A stretch of DNA of 64,000 nt, taken from sequence record LC727698.1, one strand, 5' to 3'. Below are positions 34,505 to 44,087 of the stretch, piece after piece. The number at the start of each line of letters is the position of its first letter. Position 1 is the stretch's first letter. Position numbers and translations under genes: made by a program. The notes beneath the pieces are model-generated. The model made no database searches, was not told where the DNA came from, and saw only the letters and a program-made list of their open reading frames with translations.

Positions 34505-35212
34505 ATGTTTGCTGACGTACAAGGGTTTTATTCTTTTAAAAGAAAATTTAAAACACACGTTCTTACTTCTGTATTAAAAGAAACTGAATGGGAAATTATA
34601 ATTGGATTCGTTCCTGCAAAGGATGCAAGCAACGGAGAAGATTTAATTGATTTTGAAGTTCAAAAAAATATAATAGATTACTGGATTTCTAATTACGTAG
34701 AAGGCAGTATTATCGTTGATATGAGCGATACTAGAATTTCTATGTTGTATGATATAGCAGAAAATAACATAATAGGTGTTCCTAGTTTTCCTAAAGATTT
34801 AAAAACGCTAGCAATGGTTTTTCATTCTAAGATTTCATCTATAACAGATGGTAAGCTATCTATAGGTGACATTATTATATCAGACGATAGTAATTTTAGT
34901 TACACATTTGGAAAACATGTAGATGAAATATACGATCTTCCTACAATAGACGATATGTTTCCTAATGAAGATGAAAAACCTATATGGGACGTGCCGTGGT
35001 GGGATAGGGTTGATGTAGATACATTTGATTATGTTCCTGATTTAGAAAATCGTACATTAGAAGAAGTACAAATGTCTGTTTGTACAAGACATGTGTTAAA
35101 TGATATTAACGATAAGTTCGAAGCTGCAATAAAAGAAGAATTGGGTATAAATGTAGAAGCTGAAGACAATGTTGTAGACATAGTTGATGTTTTAAATGAA
35201 CGACAAATATAA
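34505..35212 (+). CDS. hypothetical acidic protein
   Basis: 235-aa ORF directly upstream of the DnaE fragment. Confidence 0.65.
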   Translation: MFADVQGFYSFKRKFKTHVLTSVLKETEWEIIIGFVPAKDASNGEDLIDFEVQKNIIDYWISNYVEGSIIVDMSDTRISMLYDIAENNIIGVPSFPKDLKTLAMVFHSKISSITDGKLSIGDIIISDDSNFSYTFGKHVDEIYDLPTIDDMFPNEDEKPIWDVPWWDRVDVDTFDYVPDLENRTLEEVQMSVCTRHVLNDINDKFEAAIKEELGINVEAEDNVVDIVDVLNERQI

Positions 35213-35705
35213 TAGAAAAGAAATAACTATATCAACAGGCATAAATATCCTTTTGCAAGGGAACCAGCTGGGAGATCCACTCTTTGTTGACAACGAAGAC
35301 ATAAACAAGTATAATATGCACGTAGAACAAGTGTTAGGGTTGCATAAACTTAATACAACGAAACACTTAACCTGTTCTGTTGATGAATTTCATGAAAAAA
35401 TGTCTTCAGAATGGTTTATGCCACCGGAATTTAAAAATATAGATATAGATTCTTTTATATTAAATTTATGTGACACTAATGCACAAAAAGAAAGAGTATT
35501 AATGGAACTGAAACTCTTTCAAGAACGCGGTTTATACAATATGCTAAGATTTATGATATATTTTGTATCATATATGAGGGAAAATTGCCTTATCTGGGGT
35601 GTGGGTCGCGGGTCTAGTGTTGCATCTTATGTATTATTTTTAATAGGCGTGCATAAAGTAGATTCACTAAAATATAATTTAGATATAAAAGAATTTCTAA
35701 AATAA
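35196..35705 (+). CDS. stand-alone fragment of DNA polymerase III alpha (DnaE, PHP-palm junction)
   Basis: RV..EL...GVGRGSSVAS.V.FLIG...VD.LKY.L....FL aligns with DnaE RL..EL...GPGRGS.AGSLV.Y.LGIT..DPL...L.FERFL. Confidence 0.85.
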   Translation: MNDKYNRKEITISTGINILLQGNQLGDPLFVDNEDINKYNMHVEQVLGLHKLNTTKHLTCSVDEFHEKMSSEWFMPPEFKNIDIDSFILNLCDTNAQKERVLMELKLFQERGLYNMLRFMIYFVSYMRENCLIWGVGRGSSVASYVLFLIGVHKVDSLKYNLDIKEFLK

Positions 35706-35717
35706 AAGGAGTTAATT

Positions 35718-36059
35718 ATGCAAAAAAAATCTAACAATGGCGTATTAGTAGATATGGATTCACTCCGTATTCAAAATGAAAATGTAGTTGCAGTAGGAAA
35801 CATGAATGTTAACGCAAAAGGCGACAAGTTGGGTCCAGGCGGCGAAATTATAGAAACTGCCGCCGAGCGAGTTCACAGATACCATTCTGAACATCAAACA
35901 GAAACTGCAACAGCTTCTATCAAACCCAATCTAGATGAAGAAGATGAGCACGAAGAAGTAGTACAACCTAAAAAAGTTACAAAAGAAAAACGTAAGAAAG
36001 AAATTATAGATGACGAAGGGAACATTACTATAACAGAAGATAGTAATAAAGATATTTAA
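35718..36059 (+). CDS. hypothetical protein
   Basis: AVGNM.VNA.GD.LGPGG.I motif; AAGGAG RBS. Confidence 0.7.
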   Translation: MQKKSNNGVLVDMDSLRIQNENVVAVGNMNVNAKGDKLGPGGEIIETAAERVHRYHSEHQTETATASIKPNLDEEDEHEEVVQPKKVTKEKRKKEIIDDEGNITITEDSNKDI

Positions 36060-36060
36060 A

Positions 36061-36387
36061 ATGAATATAATACCACTTCATAACAATATTATTGTAACTA
36101 ATTTTAAAAAAGGCGAACGCACGGTAGGCGGTATTATTTTTACAGATGATAACGGTAAGTCACACGGCATCCGCGCTCGGTGGGCACAAGTATCCCATAT
36201 AAGAGAAGATCAAAAAGATACATTTGTTGTAGGCCAATGGGTGTTAATTAAGCACGGGCGCTGGTCCCGTCCAGTACACACTACAGATCAAAATGTATAT
36301 TACTGTGCTGAAATAGATTCTATTTTATTGATATCCGATGAAGAGCCAGAAGACAATATAATAGTAGAAACACGAGTTTATAATTAA
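36061..36387 (+). CDS. groS: GroES-like co-chaperonin
   Basis: I.PL...IIV, T.GGII, VG..VL, I......IL. Confidence 0.8.
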   Translation: MNIIPLHNNIIVTNFKKGERTVGGIIFTDDNGKSHGIRARWAQVSHIREDQKDTFVVGQWVLIKHGRWSRPVHTTDQNVYYCAEIDSILLISDEEPEDNIIVETRVYN

Positions 36388-36400
36388 GGCATAATATCTA

Positions 36401-37330
36401 ATGAAAGAATTATGGACAGAAAAATATCGTCCTAAAAAAGTAGAAGATTACGTATTTACTAGTGAACAACAAAAGAAGCAAGTACAAAGTTGGATAGACA
36501 ATAAAAGTATTGGAAATCTTTTGCTTACTGGTACGCCCGGTGTAGGCAAAACTACTTTAGCCAGGTTACTGTTAAATGAATTAGGAGTAATGGATGCCGA
36601 TTGTCTGTTCATTAACGCATCTAGAGATAACGGTGTAGATTTTATTAGGGACACAGTTAGTGGATTTGCTTCTACATTACCGTTCGGCGATTTTAAATAT
36701 ATTATACTAGATGAGTGCGACCATTTAAGTATAAATGCACAAGCAACACTTCGTGGAATATTAGAGCAATATTCAAATTCTTGTAGATTTATTCTTACAG
36801 GTAATTATCAAAATAAAATTATCCCTGCATTACACAGTCGTTGTCAGAGTTTCCACGTAGAAAAAGTAGATGAAGTCGAATTTACTACACGAATGGCGAC
36901 TATACTTTTAAATGAAGGCATTAGTTTTGAATTAGAAGTGTTAGACGATTTCGTAAAATCTACGTATCCTGATCTTAGAAAATGCATTAATGTACTTCAG
37001 CAGAATACAACTAGTGGTGTATTAGAAATACCGCAAGCATCTAGTGTAACAACAGAAGATTATAAGATTAGTGCAATTGCTCTGTTTAAAAATGGAAAAT
37101 ATTCCGAAGCAAGGCAACTTATATGTAAACAAATACGACAAGAAGAGTATGATGATATGTATAGGTTTATGTATGATAATTTAGATCTTTGGGGTGATAC
37201 TGATGATCAAAAAGATAGTGCAATTCTTATTATTAGAAATGGCTTATCTAAACACTCATTAGTTGCTGATCCGGAAATAAACTTATCAGCAACAATTATA
37301 GAACTAGAACGAAACAGACGAGGACTTTAA
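36401..37330 (+). CDS. sliding-clamp loader small subunit (RFC/T4 gp44-like)
   Basis: LWTEKYRP, GTPGVGKTT, INAS...G, LDECD, ALHSRC, PDLR..IN. Confidence 0.93.
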   Translation: MKELWTEKYRPKKVEDYVFTSEQQKKQVQSWIDNKSIGNLLLTGTPGVGKTTLARLLLNELGVMDADCLFINASRDNGVDFIRDTVSGFASTLPFGDFKYIILDECDHLSINAQATLRGILEQYSNSCRFILTGNYQNKIIPALHSRCQSFHVEKVDEVEFTTRMATILLNEGISFELEVLDDFVKSTYPDLRKCINVLQQNTTSGVLEIPQASSVTTEDYKISAIALFKNGKYSEARQLICKQIRQEEYDDMYRFMYDNLDLWGDTDDQKDSAILIIRNGLSKHSLVADPEINLSATIIELERNRRGL

Positions 37331-37331
37331 T

Positions 37332-37694
37332 ATGGTTTCAACTAAACGAGCATACATTGTACTGACTCATCGATATTCACTAAAGAAATACACTAAAGAC
37401 CAATGGGAAGTAACAGAAGAGTGTTCATTTCTTAATAAATTGCCGAATTCTGTGTTGCTTCAATCGTCTGTTATTTTAGATGCAAAGACAGAAACTGTAT
37501 ATAAAAATAGAACAGAAGGCAATGCATCATATAACGAAATTGCAAAATATGTTGCCGAAAAATATCCCATTCAGTTTGGGCAATTTTATAGCCTTTTAGG
37601 TAAAGAGAATCCATTTGCAATAAAAGAATCAAATACTGCCAGCGAAGAAACCACAGAACCCGAAAATAGCGAGACAGAATCTAGTGAGCAATAA
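37332..37694 (+). CDS. hypothetical protein
   Basis: 120-aa ORF. Confidence 0.6.
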   Translation: MVSTKRAYIVLTHRYSLKKYTKDQWEVTEECSFLNKLPNSVLLQSSVILDAKTETVYKNRTEGNASYNEIAKYVAEKYPIQFGQFYSLLGKENPFAIKESNTASEETTEPENSETESSEQ

Positions 37695-38280
37695 TCTTAT
37701 ACTAGTAGATGTTGATGGTGTACTTTTAAAATGGTATCCCGAATTTTTAAATTTTTTGAAATCTAAAAACCTTATACCGCAAGATAGTAATATTGTTGCA
37801 TCTACGTATGATATGGCATCTGACTTAAAATTAGATAAAGATGCCATTAATGAACTTATAACAGAGTTTAATAATTCTAGTGCAATGCGATATCTGTCTC
37901 CCATGGATAACGCAGTAGATGCTATTAATAAATTAAAAGATAAAGGATTTAGTTTTGTTGCTATTAGTAGCTTAAGTGGGAAAGAACATGCACTAGATAA
38001 TAGAAAATACAATATCTCTGAAGTATTCGGCAAAGAAGTGTTTGATGAAGTCCACTGCATAGAGCCTGGACTAAGTAAAGAAGAATTGTTAAAGAAATAT
38101 TCTAAAGATGCAATTCTCTGGATAGAAGACCATCCAGGTAACGCAGAATTAGGTCACAAACTCGGTATAAAAACTGTTCTTGCACTTCATCCTCATAATA
38201 CAAATGTAAAAACTTCTAAAAATATTATAAGGATTGATATAGACAAACTTTGGACCGAAATAGAAAATATTGTAAACTAA
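37684..38280 (+). CDS. HAD-family phosphatase (5'-nucleotidase/T4 30.2-like)
   Basis: DVDGVL, SS, K, WIED. Confidence 0.85.
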   Translation: MSNNLILVDVDGVLLKWYPEFLNFLKSKNLIPQDSNIVASTYDMASDLKLDKDAINELITEFNNSSAMRYLSPMDNAVDAINKLKDKGFSFVAISSLSGKEHALDNRKYNISEVFGKEVFDEVHCIEPGLSKEELLKKYSKDAILWIEDHPGNAELGHKLGIKTVLALHPHNTNVKTSKNIIRIDIDKLWTEIENIVN

Positions 38281-38282
38281 CA

Positions 38283-38316
38283 AAAATAAAACCCTAACTA
38301 GTTAGGGTTTTATTTT
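38283..38316. terminator. 34-bp perfect palindrome
   Basis: AAAATAAAACCCTAACT|AGTTAGGGTTTTATTTT. Confidence 0.85.
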
Positions 38317-38334
38317 GGGTTTAATAATTAGACA

Positions 38335-38364
38335 AAATAAAAGGGGCATATGCCCCTTTTATTT
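38335..38364. terminator. 30-bp perfect palindrome
   Basis: AAATAAAAGGGGCAT|ATGCCCCTTTTATTT at the phoH stop. Confidence 0.85.
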
Positions 38365-39136
38365 AATTAATGTCCTTATACATTTCTAAAATATCTTCAA
38401 TCAGTGGATGACGTTTAATATCCTTTGAAGTAAATTTAATGACACTTATGTGTTTATTGCCGCCTGCTTTATCGAGTCTTTCTAAGAAATCTTTTAGTCC
38501 ATTTATTTCGAAGCCCCGATCGTGTTGCTCTATATCGCCGGTAACAATCATTTTACAATTCTCACCTATTCTTGAAAAAAGCATTTTAGACATGTTAGGC
38601 GTTGTATTCTGTATTTCGTCTGCTAATATAACACAATTTTTAAATGTTCTGCCTCTCATATATGCAAGGGGAGCAATTTCTATAATTTCTTCCATAAGCA
38701 TTTGTTCTATTTCGACAGGGGAATAATATTCTTTAAACACATCCATTATTGGTATTACCCAAGGAGCCATTTTATCTATTAGCGTGCCTGGCAAAAAACC
38801 GTGTTCTTCGTCGACTGATACTGCTGGCCTAGTAATTACAATCTTATCGCATTTACCTTCTTTATATGCTTTAATTGCATACATAGATGCTAGTAATGTT
38901 TTTCCAGATCCCGCCGGACCTGTTGCAAATACAATGTGCTGTGTATCGTCTTCTAATGCGTCTACATATTCTTCTTGTGCTAAGCTTTTCGGTATTAGCT
39001 TAACTTCTTGTTTTCTTTGTATAGATCTTACTTGTTTAGTATTAGTAGACGGCTGAACAACATTGTTAGTTACTAGATGAAAGGTACTGTTAGGACCTTC
39101 GCTTGCTCGAGCTTTGCGCTTATCACGTTGTTTCAA
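38363..39136 (-). CDS. phoH: PhoH-family ATPase
   Basis: GPAGSGKT, ITRPAV, GFLPG..K..PW, YMRGRTF, DE.QN, GD..Q.D; TTG start after AGGAG. Confidence 0.95.
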   Translation of the reverse strand: MKQRDKRKARASEGPNSTFHLVTNNVVQPSTNTKQVRSIQRKQEVKLIPKSLAQEEYVDALEDDTQHIVFATGPAGSGKTLLASMYAIKAYKEGKCDKIVITRPAVSVDEEHGFLPGTLIDKMAPWVIPIMDVFKEYYSPVEIEQMLMEEIIEIAPLAYMRGRTFKNCVILADEIQNTTPNMSKMLFSRIGENCKMIVTGDIEQHDRGFEINGLKDFLERLDKAGGNKHISVIKFTSKDIKRHPLIEDILEMYKDIN

Positions 39137-39206
39137 AAGTATGACTCCTGGTTAAAATCTTATTTTTAGTGTGATAATATGTATAAAGACCTAATCTTTA
39201 CATTGT

Positions 39207-39249
39207 TATTTATGTGTGTTATTATACATTAAGACTTAAGAAAAATCTA
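39207..39249 (-). promoter_or_regulatory. tandem sigma70 and late promoters for phoH
   Basis: Minus strand: TAGATT-17-TATAAT (39249-39221) and CATAAATA (39214-39207). Confidence 0.55.
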
Positions 39250-39281
39250 CATCTAATTTTAAATATTAAGATTAATGTGTA

Positions 39282-39289
39282 GATAAATA
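39282..39289 (+). promoter_or_regulatory. late promoter (GATAAATA)
   Basis: Divergent from phoH, upstream of 39313. Confidence 0.6.
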
Positions 39290-39312
39290 TAATATATTAT
39301 TTGGATAGTAAA

Positions 39313-39834
39313 ATGAACAAACACAATGCAGATACTGCTAGAGAGAATTTAGTTCAAATAGCAGGAAATAATAAAGTATTAGATATGCTCATAGAATTAG
39401 AAAAAACATTAGATAACTGTAATGTTTTTTCTTATGCAAACTGGAATAAAGGAGAATTAGTTGCTGGACCCTTTATTTCTAGATATTGGGTTACTACTAC
39501 TTGGATGTACAATGAAAAAGATATGCCGGATCCCGATGCAGGATTGCGTTTACTAAAATACGGTTGCAAAGTAAAGTATGAAAGGGATGTTTTTTTAGAA
39601 CCAAAAAAAGTAACAGGTAGACCTGACTACGAAAACCCATCCACTAAGCAAGCAAAAATAGAAGAATTGCCTATTTGGTTAGTGACAATAACTATGCCTA
39701 GGAAATTTATAGACGAAGCAATAATAGATGGCATGCAGGATTTCTCTAACGTAGATGATATAGATCCTAGTGCAATAGCTGATGTAGAAGCAGCAGGCGA
39801 AAACGGAATAAACGATGTAGATGGAAATCTATAA
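39313..39834 (+). CDS. hypothetical protein
   Basis: NW..GELV.GP...RYWV...MPDP..G.RL...GC pattern. Confidence 0.7.
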   Translation: MNKHNADTARENLVQIAGNNKVLDMLIELEKTLDNCNVFSYANWNKGELVAGPFISRYWVTTTWMYNEKDMPDPDAGLRLLKYGCKVKYERDVFLEPKKVTGRPDYENPSTKQAKIEELPIWLVTITMPRKFIDEAIIDGMQDFSNVDDIDPSAIADVEAAGENGINDVDGNL

Positions 39835-39863
39835 AATTATTCCATATTATAAAGGGGTATATA

Positions 39864-40565
39864 ATGTTAGCTAGACACTCATTAAAAGGAACCGTATTAC
39901 CTATAATTTCGGTGGATGAGTATATGCCTAAATCTGGAACACAGGAAGAAGTTATAGTCATTGCATTCTATACCATTGACGAAGACCCTGCGTTTGATTT
40001 AGACGATTTTATAGAAAAAAGTTTTATAGAAGTATTAGATGTTGATGTAAGTCCCAATCCCGACGAAAACGGAAATTATTTAGTATTTGTAGAATTAAAA
40101 AGAAAAGCAGGCTTCTTTGAAAAATTTTACAAGATTATAAAAGATGTAGAAAATGTTTCTGGAAAGCAAGACTGGTTAGTGAAGGCATATCTTTGTAACG
40201 AATTACTACCATACAATGACGAAAGACTATTAGATTATATAATATTACTAGGTGACGAAGAAGCATCAATAACAGAAAGTGTAATATCTATGCTTACTGA
40301 TAGCGATATATCTTCTGCTCACATAGATGATTCTAGAATATACATATCTAATTCTCATAGAACAGTAAGTTTTGAGCCATTGTATATAGGCGAAACAGCA
40401 TTTAATAGTTTAAAACTAAATGAATGTGCTATAGAACTATCTAATGTAGATAGTAATGTTGCTTTATTATCGGCATTTTTAGGTAAAAAATGGGAAGTAT
40501 ATAAACTAAACGAATATATAATACTTCAACACCAATCTAAGCAACCTATTATAGCCAAATTATAA
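39864..40565 (+). CDS. hypothetical protein
   Basis: 233 aa, acidic, ITES motif. Confidence 0.7.
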   Translation: MLARHSLKGTVLPIISVDEYMPKSGTQEEVIVIAFYTIDEDPAFDLDDFIEKSFIEVLDVDVSPNPDENGNYLVFVELKRKAGFFEKFYKIIKDVENVSGKQDWLVKAYLCNELLPYNDERLLDYIILLGDEEASITESVISMLTDSDISSAHIDDSRIYISNSHRTVSFEPLYIGETAFNSLKLNECAIELSNVDSNVALLSAFLGKKWEVYKLNEYIILQHQSKQPIIAKL

Positions 40566-40569
40566 TCAA

Positions 40570-40596
40570 AAAGCACTTATTTTCGATAAGTGCTTT
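40570..40596 (+). terminator. hairpin/terminator
   Basis: AAAGCACTTAT-tttcg-ATAAGTGCTTT. Confidence 0.6.
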
Positions 40597-40603
40597 AACT
40601 ATC

Positions 40604-41293
40604 ATGAAGAATTGGCAAACAATCCTTGGCGTATCTGCTAATCCCACAGAAAAACAGATAAAGACTGCATATAGAAAACTTGCATCAAAATATCATCCTG
40701 ACAGAAATAAAGATAAAGATGCAGAAAACATGTTTAAACAAGTAAGGGAAGCATACGAATATGCAATAAAATGGATTTCTATTAAAACAGAACAATACAC
40801 AGATACAGTATATATTCCATTAAAATACCAAAATAAAGGCGGCAAATTCAAGACAGCTAATCATAAATTTATTATAGAAATTCCGCCACATTTCCCTCAT
40901 AATTCACAAAAAATAATAATAGTAAACAATTCTATATTATTAGTTACTGTAATATTCATACATGATACATTTTCTATAGCTCAAAATGGAATAGATGTAT
41001 ATGCAACTATTTCTGTAGAAAGTCTCGACATAATTATGGGTACAGAAATAATAGTTGAGCATCCGTACGGAAATAAGATAAAAGTAGGTATACCTACATC
41101 ATTTGTATCTGGATCTAAAATACTAGTGAAGAATAAAGGTATTAAGAATACATATACAGTAAACAATATTTTAGAAACCATAACAGGTCATTTGTATATA
41201 ACTGTCAACATGTTCACAAAAGTTCGTTTGACTAAAAGTAGCGATACTAGTATACTACTAACGTACAAAGCAAAACCATACACAATCTCGTAA
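40604..41293 (+). CDS. DnaJ/CbpA-type co-chaperone (J domain plus C-terminal domain, no Zn finger)
   Basis: LGV....IK.AYRKLA.KYHPDRN...F..V.EAY; G.L...V in C-domain. Confidence 0.88.
   Translation: MKNWQTILGVSANPTEKQIKTAYRKLASKYHPDRNKDKDAENMFKQVREAYEYAIKWISIKTEQYTDTVYIPLKYQNKGGKFKTANHKFIIEIPPHFPHNSQKIIIVNNSILLVTVIFIHDTFSIAQNGIDVYATISVESLDIIMGTEIIVEHPYGNKIKVGIPTSFVSGSKILVKNKGIKNTYTVNNILETITGHLYITVNMFTKVRLTKSSDTSILLTYKAKPYTIS
41228..41256 (+). promoter_or_regulatory. sigma70 promoter of clpA (inside the dnaJ-like 3' end)
   Basis: TTGACT-17-TATACT. Confidence 0.75.
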
Positions 41294-41302
41294 GGGGTAC
41301 AC

Positions 41303-43522
41303 ATGGATAGCCAAAAGAAACTGAATACCGTACTTACTGAAGCAAAAAAACTTGCAGTAAGTCACCAACACGAAGCCATTACTTCAGATCATGTATTGTA
41401 TGTTTTATTAGGATACGACGAAGTAAAGGACTGTGTTAAAAACTGCAATGCAGACCCGGATCAATTAACTAAAGCAGTATTTGATTTCCTTGTTACCCAG
41501 TTAGGAAAATCCCGACACATAACTGATATGAATATTGATATCAGTCCCTCTCTTAGTCGCTGGTGCCAGCAATTGGCAACTAAAATTGCATTAGATCCTA
41601 ACAAAGCAATGACGTATGTCGATATGCTCGATGCACTCATCAAAGACACCAGTTGCAATGCAAGCCAGCTTCTCGCGCACTACGGTGTTACTACTGCTGT
41701 AGTAACTGAAGCGAAGAAATCTGCAGAAGCAGAATCCCTTATAAAGTCGTTTACTCGCAATCTTAACGACGAAGTATCTGAGGGCAAAATCGATCCGGTT
41801 ATCGGCCGGGAAACTGAACTAGAAGAAGTTATCGAAGCCCTTGCCCGCCGGCGAAAAAACAATTGCATTCTTACCGGCAAAGAAGGTGTAGGTAAGACGG
41901 CAATTGCCGAAGGGTTGGCGATGAAAATCGTCAATGGTGAGGTCCCCGAAGCAATTGCTGACAAACAAGTTATTTCACTCGATATCGGCGCGATGATGGC
42001 AGGCACTAAATATCGCGGCGAGTTCGAAGAGCGTATGAAAGCGCTGCTAGACGAACTAAAAGCAATGAAAAATGCCATCGTCTTCATTGACGAAATACAT
42101 ATGATCATGGGCGCCGGTGCAAGTAATGGTTCGTCAGTAGACGCTGCTAACCTGCTCAAGCCAGAATTGGCAAAAGGAACACTTCGTTGCATAGGCGCAA
42201 CTACCTACGACGAATATAGTACACACTTCGAAAAAGATCGGGCATTAATGCGTCGGTTCCAAAAAGTGGATGTTCCGCCGCCTAGTGTAGGCGACACTAA
42301 AAAAATAGTTGCCGGACTAAAGCAATATTACGAAGAGTTCCATGGCGTCAAATACGACGTAGGGACTCTAGATCTAGCAGTCGATTTGACTGAACGATAC
42401 ATCAAAACTCGGCACCAGCCCGACAAATCAATCGATGCAATAGACCTTGTCGGCGCCAGAGCTAAATTAGCAGGGATTTCTACCATTACCGAGCGTATGG
42501 TCATAGAAACTGTAGCTAAACTAGCTCATATGCGTCCGGAAATGTTAGATAACACCGAAAACGACACTATTGCTCGTCTAGAAGGTAACCTCAAACACGA
42601 TGTGTTTGGGCAAGACGAAGCCATTAACAAGCTCTGCGAAGCAGTGATGGTACACAAAGCAGGACTTCGAGATGCTAATAAACCCATCGGTAACTTCTTA
42701 TTAGTAGGTCCTACCGGTACTGGCAAAACGTTCTTGGCAAAAAAACTATCCCAACATATGGGTATTCCTTTGGTGCGGTTCGATATGTCTGAATACCAAG
42801 AACAGCATAGCGTCGCCCGGCTGCTCGGCGCGCCGCCCGGATATGTAGGGCACGGCGAAGGTGAAGCGGGCGCGGGGCAGTTAATCTCTGAGATTGAAAA
42901 AAATCCCAACTGCATCTTGTTGCTAGACGAAATCGAAAAAGCACACCCGAAGGTATTTAGTACGTTCCTTCAGGTGATGGATGACGCCCGGCTAACTTCG
43001 TCAACTGGCAAAACTGTATTCTTTGGTAACGTTTTGCTACTAATGACATCTAACTCCGGCGCTGCTCAAGCTGCTAAAGCATCAATTGGATTTGGAAATA
43101 ATTTTAACGACGGTGCAATAGATAGCGCAGTTACAAAAGGATTTGCGCCTGAATTCCGGAACAGGCTCGACGGCATTGTTAAGTTCTCTGCGCTCACTAT
43201 TAACGAAATGTCTAAGATTGTAGACACTGAGTTTGCTAAAGTGCAAGCAAGTGTACTAGAAAAAGGCGTATCGTTGATCCTTACCCAAGAAGCACGTCAA
43301 AAATTAGCAACAGATGGATATGATCCTAAGATGGGAGCCCGGCCGCTCGCGAGGCTGTTCCAAGAGAAAGTCAAGTTGCCGCTGTCAAAGCTGATGCTAC
43401 TTGGCGATCTTAAAAATGGCGGTCACGCAGAAGTCAGGGTAGTAGCAGACGAAGTTGTAGTTATACAAGCAATTGCCCCTGCTACTAAAGCTAAAAAGAA
43501 AATAGACCAAACTGTAGTTTAA
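41303..43522 (+). CDS. clpA: ATP-dependent Clp protease ATPase ClpA
   Basis: Clp N-domain, two AAA+ modules (G.EGVGKT, KYRGEFEER; GPTGTGKT, PGYVG), no ClpB middle domain, IGF ClpP-docking loop. Confidence 0.95.
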   Translation: MDSQKKLNTVLTEAKKLAVSHQHEAITSDHVLYVLLGYDEVKDCVKNCNADPDQLTKAVFDFLVTQLGKSRHITDMNIDISPSLSRWCQQLATKIALDPNKAMTYVDMLDALIKDTSCNASQLLAHYGVTTAVVTEAKKSAEAESLIKSFTRNLNDEVSEGKIDPVIGRETELEEVIEALARRRKNNCILTGKEGVGKTAIAEGLAMKIVNGEVPEAIADKQVISLDIGAMMAGTKYRGEFEERMKALLDELKAMKNAIVFIDEIHMIMGAGASNGSSVDAANLLKPELAKGTLRCIGATTYDEYSTHFEKDRALMRRFQKVDVPPPSVGDTKKIVAGLKQYYEEFHGVKYDVGTLDLAVDLTERYIKTRHQPDKSIDAIDLVGARAKLAGISTITERMVIETVAKLAHMRPEMLDNTENDTIARLEGNLKHDVFGQDEAINKLCEAVMVHKAGLRDANKPIGNFLLVGPTGTGKTFLAKKLSQHMGIPLVRFDMSEYQEQHSVARLLGAPPGYVGHGEGEAGAGQLISEIEKNPNCILLLDEIEKAHPKVFSTFLQVMDDARLTSSTGKTVFFGNVLLLMTSNSGAAQAAKASIGFGNNFNDGAIDSAVTKGFAPEFRNRLDGIVKFSALTINEMSKIVDTEFAKVQASVLEKGVSLILTQEARQKLATDGYDPKMGARPLARLFQEKVKLPLSKLMLLGDLKNGGHAEVRVVADEVVVIQAIAPATKAKKKIDQTVV

Positions 43523-43532
43523 CACTACTCCT

Positions 43533-43562
43533 AAAAATAGCCCCGAACGGGGCTATTTTTTT
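43533..43562 (+). terminator. rho-independent terminator
   Basis: AAAAATAGCCCC-gaac-GGGGCTATTTTTTT. Confidence 0.9.
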
Positions 43563-43609
43563 GACAACAAGTTTCAGTAACGTACTAATTCAATACAATT
43601 ACGTACACT

Positions 43610-43617
43610 GATAAATA
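43610..43617 (+). promoter_or_regulatory. late promoter (GATAAATA)
   Basis: Heads the tail-fibre operon. Confidence 0.65.
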
Positions 43618-43639
43618 CTGCATAATAATAGAGGTCAAA

Positions 43640-44074
43640 ATGAGTATTAGAAAATCTGTATTAATGCTGCAAGGTGCAAGTTTTGACGGAGAAATGAAAA
43701 TAGTAGGTGAAAGAGTTAGGGCTGACAACTTTTTCGGTTTTACTGACGGAATTCATACAGTATCTATGTCTTATTATAATTTTAAAGGATACTTTATGCT
43801 TCAAGGAACTCTATCTATGAATCCAGAAGAGTCGGATTGGTTTAATATAGATGTAACTGAACGAAATAGAAGAACCACTGTTTTACGTTTCCCCGAAGAT
43901 CCGGCGCATCCCACAGGCGAGAAAAATGGCGATACTGGTACAAAGGCATTTACTTTTATAGGTAATTTTACTTATCTAAGAGCAGTTGTATCGTGGGAAG
44001 GATATATACCGCCGCCTGTGCTTGTAACAAACGAAGATATGGGTAGTGTAGATAAAGTGCTGTTAGCAATGTAG
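43640..44074 (+). CDS. putative virion structural protein
   Basis: First gene after a late promoter; G...LQGTL...P...DWF.I, F.GNFTYLRA. Confidence 0.6.
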   Translation: MSIRKSVLMLQGASFDGEMKIVGERVRADNFFGFTDGIHTVSMSYYNFKGYFMLQGTLSMNPEESDWFNIDVTERNRRTTVLRFPEDPAHPTGEKNGDTGTKAFTFIGNFTYLRAVVSWEGYIPPPVLVTNEDMGSVDKVLLAM

Positions 44075-44087
44075 GGTTAAAAAGAAT

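Noticed and set aside
41303-43522. ClpB assignment
   Set aside because: It lacks the coiled-coil middle domain and has an IGF ClpP-docking loop
43561-43590. TTGACA just after the clpA terminator as a sigma70 promoter
   Set aside because: No good -10 box at 16-18 nt; the late motif at 43610 explains downstream expression
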